Positions 11,945 to 19,910 of a stretch of 64,000 nucleotides of DNA are shown here, in pieces. Position 1 is the stretch's first letter, and each line of letters starts with the position of its first letter. The notes under the pieces are model-generated. The model ran no database searches and was not told where the DNA came from. It saw only the letters and a list, made by a program, of their open reading frames with translations. The DNA is taken from the NCBI GenBank assembly GCA_965215005.1, contig CBDCCZ010000060.1:64001-128000 (forward strand), given 5' to 3'. This DNA comes from Kofleriaceae bacterium. Lineage in GTDB: Bacteria > Myxococcota_A > Polyangia > Haliangiales > Haliangiaceae. A program made the translations under genes and the position numbers.

Positions 11945-12013
11945 CGCAGCGACCATCGCCTCACACTGCTGCCGCTAGCGCAGCGACCATCGCCTCACAC
12001 TGCTGCCGCTAGC
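11900..12013. repeat. Perfect 34-bp tandem repeat, 3 copies plus 12 bp
   Basis: GCTGCCGCTAGCGCAGCGACCATCGCCTCACACT starts at 11900, 11934 and 11968, with a partial copy at 12002. Confidence 0.95.
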
Positions 12014-14018
12014 CGGCAAAACAGCAGACACTTCTGGGCAACCGTAGATATCGAAGAAGCCGAGCGTCGTCGCCGCAGCCTCGCGCGCCGTCCCTGCTCT
12101 CGTCCACGGCCACACGGTACGCGTCACCAGCGCCAGCGACAAACCACCGGTACGCCTCCTGACTTCCCCGTCTTCCGCGCTTTCGCGCGCCCGTCAAACG
12201 GCCAAACACAGCTCCGCCTGCAGTCGGCGACGGCATAGCAGTAGGACGCAGCCCGCGCGGTCGAACGCGGGGGCCTCTCGCCGTGCTCGCGCCGTAAGCG
12301 CCCGACAGCGCGCACCTGCCTAAGGCGGTGCGGCCGTGCGAAAAGGCGGGGGTGAAATGTAGTGAACCAGGAAGAGCCGCCGAGGACGGGCTCGCCGGCG
12401 CTTTGGCGTCAGGAGAGAGTATCGCCGGCGGGGCTGCTCTGGGCACTCGCGGGCGGCGAGCCAGGCGCGTTGGCAGGAGCTCAGGGGCGCGGCTCATCAT
12501 CCAGCCGTTAGCGACTTTGTCGATGACATCGGCGAGGTAGTCGTAGGGGTTGACGCCGTCGATCTCGCACTGGAGAACGAGCGAGAGGAGGATGGCAAAG
12601 CGCTGACCTGCCTCGACGCTGCCGACGAAGAGGCAGTTTTTGCGGAAGATGCCGACGGTGCGCAGCCGGCGCTCGACGTGGGCGTTGGAGATGGGCAGCG
12701 AGCCATCGGTAAGAAAGACCTCGAGTGTTGGCAGCTGGCGCTGAAAGTAGACGACGGCTTTGCCCAATGCACTCTTGCTGCCTGCTTGCGGCGCGAGTTT
12801 GGCAACGGCCTCTGTGAGCCGTTTCCAGGTCGGCACCGACGCGGCAGCGCGCAGCGTGCCCCGCCCCACGTCATCTAGCCCGCGCTCTTTAGCCTCGCGT
12901 TCGATGGCGTAGAGTGCTTTGTAGATGTCGACGATCGGCTGAGCGCGTCGATCGCCTTGCTCGAGCGCAGCCACGAATTTGCGGCGTGCATGGTCGTTGC
13001 AGCCGACGCGGATAGGTCCACCTTCGCGGGCGAATAGCGGATTGATGCCGCCATAGCCGTCGCCTTGGATGCTGCCGGAAAAACTAGAAAGCACAGCGCG
13101 AGGGTGCTTTCCTTTCCAGTCTTCGCTGAATTCAGCGTAAGCGATACGACTGATGTCGCCAAGGTAAAGCCATTGACGGCCGCGCACCATCGTCTTGCCG
13201 CTTGGCGAGCCGCGGCTTTGTGCCTTGAGCGGTGTGTCGTCCAAACTGATGAGTCTAGACTTTAGAAGCTCTGTTCGCAGGAGCGGATGGAGAAACGCCA
13301 GCATGCGTGCCGTCTCGCCAAACCAGTCGTTGAGGGTCGACGTAGCTAGATTCGCACCATGGCGGCGGAGGCCGCGGGCAATACGCTCGATCGGCAGACC
13401 ATCGAGCACTTTGCCAACCACCAAATGGGCAAGCAAGCTGGCTGACGCCATGCTACCGGAGATGGGCTTTGCAGGCAGTTGAGGCGGCGCCGTTACGATG
13501 CCGTCGTCGCAGCGCCGACATGCGTACTTGAAGCGGTGCTCTTCCAGCTTATAGAGCTGCGCCGGCTGAAAGATGATGCGCCGCTGGATATCTGGCGGCA
13601 GCTCCGCTCGCGTCTTGCCGCACGAGCCGCAGTTACGCTCGTCGCCAGTGAGGCGTGCTTCGACCACCTCGACACGTAGCTCCTTGCCACGACGCACTCG
13701 CTTCTGTTTTGGCTTTGCCGGCGCGCTGCGTTCAACTTCCACTGGCTCCGGGGAAGTCACTTCGCGGTTGAAGGCGAGCACATTCAACAGATCCAGCGCT
13801 AACTGTCCAGCGGGCACCGCTTCAGCCTTCTTGCGATATGGTGCGCCGATCAACCATCGCACGCGCTCGCTGAGCTCGGACACCTCGTCTCCGAGCGAGC
13901 TCAGCAGAGCAATGATGCGATCCACCGTCGCGCGTTCCGCGTCGCTCACCTTGTCTCGAAGCGCATCGAGCGCCTCAAGTGCCTCGTGAACCTCTGTGCG
14001 CGCTGCCGTCACCTGCAC
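12009..14018 (-). CDS. tnpC: IS66 transposase TnpC; ORF reads through the element end, probably because of a frameshift near 12470
   Basis: CGSC...YACRRC zinc finger, LDDTP, QGDGY, CNDHARRKF, ISNAHVERRLR and NPYDYLADV motifs. Confidence 0.9.
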   Translation of the reverse strand: MQVTAARTEVHEALEALDALRDKVSDAERATVDRIIALLSSLGDEVSELSERVRWLIGAPYRKKAEAVPAGQLALDLLNVLAFNREVTSPEPVEVERSAPAKPKQKRVRRGKELRVEVVEARLTGDERNCGSCGKTRAELPPDIQRRIIFQPAQLYKLEEHRFKYACRRCDDGIVTAPPQLPAKPISGSMASASLLAHLVVGKVLDGLPIERIARGLRRHGANLATSTLNDWFGETARMLAFLHPLLRTELLKSRLISLDDTPLKAQSRGSPSGKTMVRGRQWLYLGDISRIAYAEFSEDWKGKHPRAVLSSFSGSIQGDGYGGINPLFAREGGPIRVGCNDHARRKFVAALEQGDRRAQPIVDIYKALYAIEREAKERGLDDVGRGTLRAAASVPTWKRLTEAVAKLAPQAGSKSALGKAVVYFQRQLPTLEVFLTDGSLPISNAHVERRLRTVGIFRKNCLFVGSVEAGQRFAILLSLVLQCEIDGVNPYDYLADVIDKVANGWMMSRAPELLPTRLARRPRVPRAAPPAILSPDAKAPASPSSAALPGSLHFTPAFSHGRTALGRCALSGAYGASTARGPRVRPRGLRPTAMPSPTAGGAVFGRLTGARKRGRRGSQEAYRWFVAGAGDAYRVAVDESRDGARGCGDDARLLRYLRLPRSVCCFAG

Positions 14019-14046
14019 TCTTCGCTAGCAGGCGGCGGATCGAAGT

Positions 14047-14385
14047 TCAAGTGCTTTGCGACATCTCTTGCACCAACTCAGCGCGCGTAAGCAGTCGACT
14101 TAGCTCCGCTTGCGTTATCTCAGCAGCGCATTGATCATTTTTGATCGAAAGGCGCATCTGAAACGTGCCCTTCACCAGCCGCTTGCTCAGTAAGCAGTAC
14201 CCGCCTTGATCAAAGAACAAGATCTTGATCATATCGCCGCGACGGTTGCGAAACAGATACAGGTCGCCACCTTCTGGCTCCCGCTCGAGCTGTTCGCGCA
14301 CCAGCGTCGACAGCCCATCCATCTGCTTGCGCATGTCACACGGCGACGCATACGCAAAGACGCGCGCGGCACGGTTACTCAGCAT
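14047..14385 (-). CDS. tnpB: IS66 accessory protein TnpB
   Basis: PCDMRKQMDGL, LYLFRNRRGDMIKIL and KRLVKGTF motifs. Confidence 0.92.
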   Translation of the reverse strand: MLSNRAARVFAYASPCDMRKQMDGLSTLVREQLEREPEGGDLYLFRNRRGDMIKILFFDQGGYCLLSKRLVKGTFQMRLSIKNDQCAAEITQAELSRLLTRAELVQEMSQST

Positions 14386-14764
14386 GGTCGCCTCCCAAGA
14401 CTGCCATCCAAGGCCGTAGCGACACCGCATTCCAGTCGCCACGAAACACCATCGTTGCGCCAGTTCGCAGCGTGACCTCGACCTGCCGCCGATCCATCGT
14501 CTGCTCTGGCTCATCCACCACCAGGACCGGCACGAAGCCGCCCGTTCCCGCCATCGATCTTGCAAGCGGCTCCGCGCCAAGCCTCTTGCGCCAATACTGA
14601 ATTCGGTGCGACGCGACCCCTGTTCGGCGCGAATAGCCGGCGTCACTTTCGCCGCTAGCCGCCAACTCCTCCAACATCGCCGCTCCCTCCGCCGCGCTCC
14701 ACCGCGCACGACCGCCCAGCGGGGCAGCTGATTGGCCCTGATCTCGCTCTCGTTGATGCTTCAT
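14375..14764 (-). CDS. tnpA: IS66 accessory protein TnpA (HTH)
   Basis: ASGES..YSRRTGV...YWRKRL and FVPV motifs; overlaps the tnpB start; RBS ggaggg. Confidence 0.85.
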   Translation of the reverse strand: MKHQRERDQGQSAAPLGGRARWSAAEGAAMLEELAASGESDAGYSRRTGVASHRIQYWRKRLGAEPLARSMAGTGGFVPVLVVDEPEQTMDRRQVEVTLRTGATMVFRGDWNAVSLRPWMAVLGGDHAE

Positions 14765-14827
14765 GCCCTCCTACTGACCATGAAGCCGCGCATCGCAGTA
14801 GGTGCGGACTGTCGGGCGGATACGCTC

Positions 14828-14971
14828 GCGCCGAAGGCGCGATGCAAGCGGCGAGCGGAGCGTCGACGTGCCGCCGGGCCAAAGGCCCGCCGGCGTAACA
14901 GCGCGTCCCCCGGGGCTCGACTGCACGGGCGGAGTCCGGCCACACCTTGCGCCGAAGGCGCGGTGCAAGCG
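14828..14971. repeat. Two copies of a 23-bp REP-like sequence with a GCGCC-GAA-GGCGC hairpin
   Basis: GCGCCGAAGGCGCGATGCAAGCG (14828-14850) and GCGCCGAAGGCGCGGTGCAAGCG (14949-14971). Confidence 0.75.
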
Positions 14972-15055
14972 CGAGGGGAAGCCCGGCCGCCGCGCAAGCG
15001 CACGGGGCCGGGTTGTGGAAGGAGCGAATGAGAGACGTACAGCTATGTCACAGCG

Positions 15056-17677
15056 CTACGGGGTGGGCGTGCGATCGATGATGAAGACAGGGGACTCTGC
15101 TAACTCGACGTGGTTTGGGTTGGTGGGGTCGCCGAGGGCTTTGACCAACGTGAACCGAATTCGGTAGCGACCGTCCGGAAGGTACCGTGCATCCAGCTCG
15201 CCGAATCCAAAGGTGTTCACTCCCCCCGGATTGTTGCGCCTCACCTTGGCCGCTGAGAACACGGGCTGCGGGCCCATCCAGGCGTTCTCGCCCAGTGGGA
15301 TGATTGCTATGGTCAGTTTCGCTACCGCATGGGCGAGCCCGATGCCGACGGTGACATGGTCGCCTTCTGTCATCGTGTAGGAGGTGCCTTCGGGAAGTAC
15401 CGATATTCCTTCTTCGCTAACGTCGGCCAGGAACGGTTGGAAGGACACTGCTGGCAGGCTTTGATAGTCGCCTTTAAAGCCGACGTACGGGACAACCGCC
15501 GAGTTTGCCTCTAGTTCCGCGCCTTGAGGAATGACGGTGATGTAGCCGCCGTATACGCTTCTATCGGGCAGGTCAGTTGGTGCCTCGATCGTTGCCTCGA
15601 CGGTGACGTAGCCACCGGCAGGAACGGTTACTTCGTCGATAGGTTCATCGCCCTGCGTGATCGCCCGAAAGGTGACGCTCGCCGTTCCTAGAGCGAACTC
15701 AGGCTCATTGGTGGAGCCGATGGTCGATACTGCAGCAATGTTCTGCAGACTGTATGTGACTTCCTCTGCGCTTTGATTGCTAACCGCCAGGACGTGCGTG
15801 CTCGCCCCTGCTTCACTCTCCCCAAGAGCCAAAGCCGATGGTGCGACGAACGTCTCGTTGAGGATTGCGTTGTCGATTTGCAGAAGACCCGCTCCCTGTC
15901 GATGCGTTGCTTCGAGAAGACCCAAGTCTCGATCGCCCGACCAGAGGATGGGATCGGCAGTATTTTGCAGGCGTGGTCGCACCTGCGAAGGGCTAATGTC
16001 CGGGCGAGCCTCCAGCAGGAGCGCCACTGCGCCGGCAACGTGCGGTGAAGAAAACGATGTTCCGTTGAGCACGGCGTACCCATTGCTGCCCTCGATGTCG
16101 AGAGGATAGGTCGAGCGAATGAAGCCACCGGGAGCCGTGAGGTCTGGCTTGAGGCCTAGGTTTGGCAGTGGCCCATAGGAGCTAAAGCCCGAGGCCAGTC
16201 CGCCCGTGGGGAGCGCTTCTAAGAAGATCTCCGCAGTCCACGTAATTGTCACACTCTGGCCCGCTGTAAGCATTTCCTTGAGGACGCTGCCTGCTTCGGC
16301 TGAGATGGAGATGCCGAAGCCGTTGTCGTACTCGCCGCCTAAAGTACCGTTGAATCCACCGGGGCGATTATTCTCCACGACCACCCCGATAGCGCCGGCC
16401 TCGAAGGCACGCAGATACTTCTCGGCGAAGCTGCATGCTCCTCTGGTGATCAGTGCAACTTGGCCAGTGGGATCCGCAAGGTAATCGTCAGCCGCACAGC
16501 CCTGGCCGACGAAGACGATAGGAGCCGTCTCACCTTCTTGGGGCGGCACGGGAGCGCCCGTTAGAACCTGGTAACCCACCTCGGTTCCGCCGGTAAGAAT
16601 CAGCTTATTCGCTGAGCCAAAGAGGTTGTCCACGGAGCCCACGGCGATAACTTGTTCACCGGCGCCGGGCGAGCCAATGGAGTACACGCCGCTTCGCCCA
16701 TTGTTGCCAGCAGAGGCAACCGGAATGACTCCTAAATCGAGAACTCGGCCCAGCGCTGTCGCAAGAAAGTCGTCCGGCCAACCATTATTGGAGCCAAGAC
16801 TCAGGTTAATGACGTCCATGCCATCGCGAACGGCGCGCTCGATGGCGCTCACAATGACGTCATCATTTGTAGATCCGTCGCAACCGAAGACCCGGTAACT
16901 GCCGATCGATGCGCCCGGCGCTACGCCGCGAGCACCTCCCATTTCTGGGTCACCGCCGGCTGCTGCAATGCCCGCGACGTGGGTGCCGTGACCGCCGCAA
17001 TCATCCCCACCTGGGCGAGTTCCGGGACCAGGCTCGGGCACCGGAATCGAGTTGGCTGGATCGTTGGCATCGTAGGCATCTCCGACGAAGTCAAAGCCGG
17101 TGATGATGCGTGTACCGAAGTCGGGATGCTGGAGATCGACGCCGCTGTCGATGATACCGATCTTGATCCCGCTGCCGTCGTAGCCGAGCTCGCTCTGCAC
17201 CACGTCAGCGCCAGTCATCGATAGGGCGCTCACCAGGTTTGGCTCGCTCACCTCCAGAGGCTCAGGCATCGTGCTGGTGCCGACCGGAAGCAGTCGTTTG
17301 ACGTTAGGAATGGACGCAAGCGCCGCAAGCTGCGCGGGTTCGACGATTACGGTCAACCCGTTTAGCAGTTCCGTAAAGCGGTAGCGCTCCTCAAAGTCGA
17401 CCGCTAAAGCTTCTGCGGTTGATCTGAATAGGGCAACCTCATCGACCTTCGCTAGAGTTGACCCTCCAAATATGTTGGCCGGTTCTTCGAGCTCCACAAA
17501 CCAAATGTTCGTAGTCTCATCGGTGAGGCCTGCGGTTACGTCCTGAAGAGTAGAGCCGTTCTCGGGGGCCGGAGCTTCATCGGTCCGCTCCTCTGGAAGA
17601 GGATGCTCGGAGCTCGTGCAATGAGGCAACACCGCAAGCATCGCGGTGAGCAGTGTCAAGTTGAAAAAACGTCGCAT
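15056..17677 (-). CDS. Secreted or lipoprotein S8 subtilase with PA and Fn3-like domains
   Basis: IIDSG, GHGTHVAG and GTSFSSPHVAG catalytic triad motifs; RGACSFAEK PA domain; signal peptide. Confidence 0.93.
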   Translation of the reverse strand: MRRFFNLTLLTAMLAVLPHCTSSEHPLPEERTDEAPAPENGSTLQDVTAGLTDETTNIWFVELEEPANIFGGSTLAKVDEVALFRSTAEALAVDFEERYRFTELLNGLTVIVEPAQLAALASIPNVKRLLPVGTSTMPEPLEVSEPNLVSALSMTGADVVQSELGYDGSGIKIGIIDSGVDLQHPDFGTRIITGFDFVGDAYDANDPANSIPVPEPGPGTRPGGDDCGGHGTHVAGIAAAGGDPEMGGARGVAPGASIGSYRVFGCDGSTNDDVIVSAIERAVRDGMDVINLSLGSNNGWPDDFLATALGRVLDLGVIPVASAGNNGRSGVYSIGSPGAGEQVIAVGSVDNLFGSANKLILTGGTEVGYQVLTGAPVPPQEGETAPIVFVGQGCAADDYLADPTGQVALITRGACSFAEKYLRAFEAGAIGVVVENNRPGGFNGTLGGEYDNGFGISISAEAGSVLKEMLTAGQSVTITWTAEIFLEALPTGGLASGFSSYGPLPNLGLKPDLTAPGGFIRSTYPLDIEGSNGYAVLNGTSFSSPHVAGAVALLLEARPDISPSQVRPRLQNTADPILWSGDRDLGLLEATHRQGAGLLQIDNAILNETFVAPSALALGESEAGASTHVLAVSNQSAEEVTYSLQNIAAVSTIGSTNEPEFALGTASVTFRAITQGDEPIDEVTVPAGGYVTVEATIEAPTDLPDRSVYGGYITVIPQGAELEANSAVVPYVGFKGDYQSLPAVSFQPFLADVSEEGISVLPEGTSYTMTEGDHVTVGIGLAHAVAKLTIAIIPLGENAWMGPQPVFSAAKVRRNNPGGVNTFGFGELDARYLPDGRYRIRFTLVKALGDPTNPNHVELAESPVFIIDRTPTP

Positions 17678-17700
17678 GGTGCGTGTCCTTAGGCCCCGCG

Positions 17701-19500
17701 TTAGGGAGCTGCGATGTCAGTCGTGTTCGAGAACCACAGGTATTCGCTGAGATGCAATGGCGAGCTCGGCAGTGGAAGCTCTGCAAGGCCGACGTCTCCA
17801 GCCCGCAGGCGGACCGCGTACGGCTCCTCCTCCGTTAACGCGCCGCTCAAGCTCACCCGCAACGGACTGGCGGTGCCCCTGCTCACACCAGTCACCGCGC
17901 TGTAAATGCCATAGGCGTGCGCCTCGAACACTGAAGCGCCCGCAGGCGGGGTGAAGATCACTCTAAGGCGTTGATTGTTGGCGGAAGGAAGAACCCTGGT
18001 GATCGTCGGCACTTCGATGGCGCCGCCAGCATCGATTGCGCGTTCGATCGTCGTGTTCGGGAACTCGAATACGAACGTCCCGGAGGCAGCTGCTTGAGGT
18101 AGCGCGACGCCTTTGGGTGCAAATCGTGCGATGGACGGAGCGGGCGCGCTCTGGACGCTGCGTCGGCGGGCTTCCAGGCTGAGCTCTCGGAGAGTGGGAA
18201 GTGGAAGGCCGCTGTCGCCATCAGTGAGAACAATAGACAACATTCCACTCTGGCTCGGAGCTGGGTCGTAGAGGAACGGGAATTCGCCCGACACCGGATG
18301 GGTGATGCGCATCATCACCTTGTAAGGAACAGGACTGCCATCGGGCAGTCGAGCGCTCACTGCTAGTAAGTTTCCTGAGAATGCAGGAATGGTGCTGCGG
18401 TTACTCGCGGCATTGAAAGTTCCAACCACAGCCTCGAACGCAGCCTCGCTGGGTGCGGTCGCTACTGTGAGCTGATAATCGAAGTCTTCTCCGCCCGAGC
18501 CCGTCACATCGTAAACTTCGACGTAGTAGCTGCCCGGCTCGAGAACGAGAACTCCCAGCTCCCCGGAGGAGCTGCTGTCGATGAGTTGCTCGTCGAGAAG
18601 CGAAACTCCTGCCGCGAATGGAGACCCCACGCCAGCTCGCGCCGTAGCCGTGATCACCACCGGCTCCGCAACCGAGATGCGATACATATCAACGTCGCCG
18701 GCTGCGCAGATCGCTCCAAGGGCAAAGCCGTCGGCGAGATCGAGTGCAGTCTCTCGCGTATCACCAGCGTCGACGGCATCCGGCCCACAGGGCTCGTACC
18801 CTGCAATCGTAAAAGAGCCATCATCCGTCAGCGCCAGTAACTCGACTGGATAGCGAGATCCTTCAGCCGCGCTCATGGCTATGAAAGTGAGCCTGTCGCC
18901 CGCCGTTAGCTCTATGACGCCAGAGTCAAACACCACGTCTTCGGTGACTCCCGCCGCAGTGAGCCGCAGACGCGCCGTGCCCGCTGAGACGTCTGTGAAC
19001 GGGCTGGCTTCTCCAGCTGCTACATCGACAATCGTCGGCACGTCGTCCAATCCTGCGGCCGGCGGAGTGACGAAAAGGTCGACGGCGCCGATATCATCGA
19101 CCGCATGCACCAGACGAATCGACGCTGTCATTGCTGGCTCATCCTCTGCATTCACAGAGGAGCGACCTTGGTCAGTGAGCACCAGGCCGTTGCTCGGCAT
19201 GATCGTGTAGCGTTCGTCGGGGCTGAGTCGAAGTGTCTCCTCAAAGATGGTTGTCGTGCCGCCATCAGTGGTGATTTCTACGGCTCGAACGCCCGCTTGT
19301 ACATCGAGCCATCGTGCGCTCTGCTCGGTACCTAGATCTGCTATGAGAAGCTCACCATCGACTTTCAAAGCAACGGTGCTCGCGGAGGTGGGCTCCAATA
19401 GAACCCGTAGCTGCGCCATGCCCTGCGGCTCCGGCTCCGGCTCCGCGGAGCATGCGCACAGCGCGGCGGCCACGGCGGCAAGCCAAAATGTTCGTATCAT
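17701..19500 (-). CDS. Lipoprotein with DUF4397-like and PPC-like domains
   Basis: Lipobox LCAC; IRLVHAVDDIGAVDLF (DUF4397-like); GDVDMYRI..PGSYYVEV (PPC-like). Confidence 0.75.
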   Translation of the reverse strand: MIRTFWLAAVAAALCACSAEPEPEPQGMAQLRVLLEPTSASTVALKVDGELLIADLGTEQSARWLDVQAGVRAVEITTDGGTTTIFEETLRLSPDERYTIMPSNGLVLTDQGRSSVNAEDEPAMTASIRLVHAVDDIGAVDLFVTPPAAGLDDVPTIVDVAAGEASPFTDVSAGTARLRLTAAGVTEDVVFDSGVIELTAGDRLTFIAMSAAEGSRYPVELLALTDDGSFTIAGYEPCGPDAVDAGDTRETALDLADGFALGAICAAGDVDMYRISVAEPVVITATARAGVGSPFAAGVSLLDEQLIDSSSSGELGVLVLEPGSYYVEVYDVTGSGGEDFDYQLTVATAPSEAAFEAVVGTFNAASNRSTIPAFSGNLLAVSARLPDGSPVPYKVMMRITHPVSGEFPFLYDPAPSQSGMLSIVLTDGDSGLPLPTLRELSLEARRRSVQSAPAPSIARFAPKGVALPQAAASGTFVFEFPNTTIERAIDAGGAIEVPTITRVLPSANNQRLRVIFTPPAGASVFEAHAYGIYSAVTGVSRGTASPLRVSLSGALTEEEPYAVRLRAGDVGLAELPLPSSPLHLSEYLWFSNTTDIAAP

Positions 19501-19910
19501 CTAAGTTCTTCCTTCCCTGGTTCATCCCGGCCAATCGATCGGGACGCAGATTGTCCTCGCGGAGCCTGGTACACCGCCACGTCGCATGTAAGCGGGCAAG
19601 TACGCCGACGGCCAACCATTGCTAACCGACTGCGAGGCTGGCGACGCAGACAGGGAAGTTGCGCGCGTTGGCTGTGGCGGGACGAGCTGGAAATCCATCC
19701 CTCGCCGCCGCGCCGTCACGCTCGAGGTTGACGAACGGCGGTTCTGGTGACGGGCTCGTACTGCTCGCTCACGCTCAGGTTGCGCGTGAGCGATGACTCC
19801 TGCACGCGCGCGCTTCGCACGTTGCGGCTATTGCTCCGAATTTTCTGCAGCGTGTTCTGGGGGAGGCTTTTGCCCTGAGCAGCAGGGCACGTTATCATCG
19901 CTGGCGCTGC

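Larger units (their letters stand above)
12294..14823 (-). mobile_element. IS66-family insertion sequence, 2530 bp
   Basis: TIR GTAAGCGCCCGACAGCGCGCACCT (12294-12317) matches GTATCCGCCCGACAGTCCGCACCT (reverse complement of 14800-14823) at 20/24. Direct repeat GCTCGCGCC at 12285-12293 and 14824-14832. Encodes tnpA-tnpB-tnpC. Confidence 0.93.

Noticed and set aside
11900..12013. CRISPR array
   Set aside because: The 34-bp units are contiguous with no spacers, and no cas genes are present.
19640..19720. Cobalamin riboswitch-like fragments (AGGGAA..AAATCC)
   Set aside because: Spacing is wrong, there is no GCCACTG/B12-box, and no B12-related gene is nearby.
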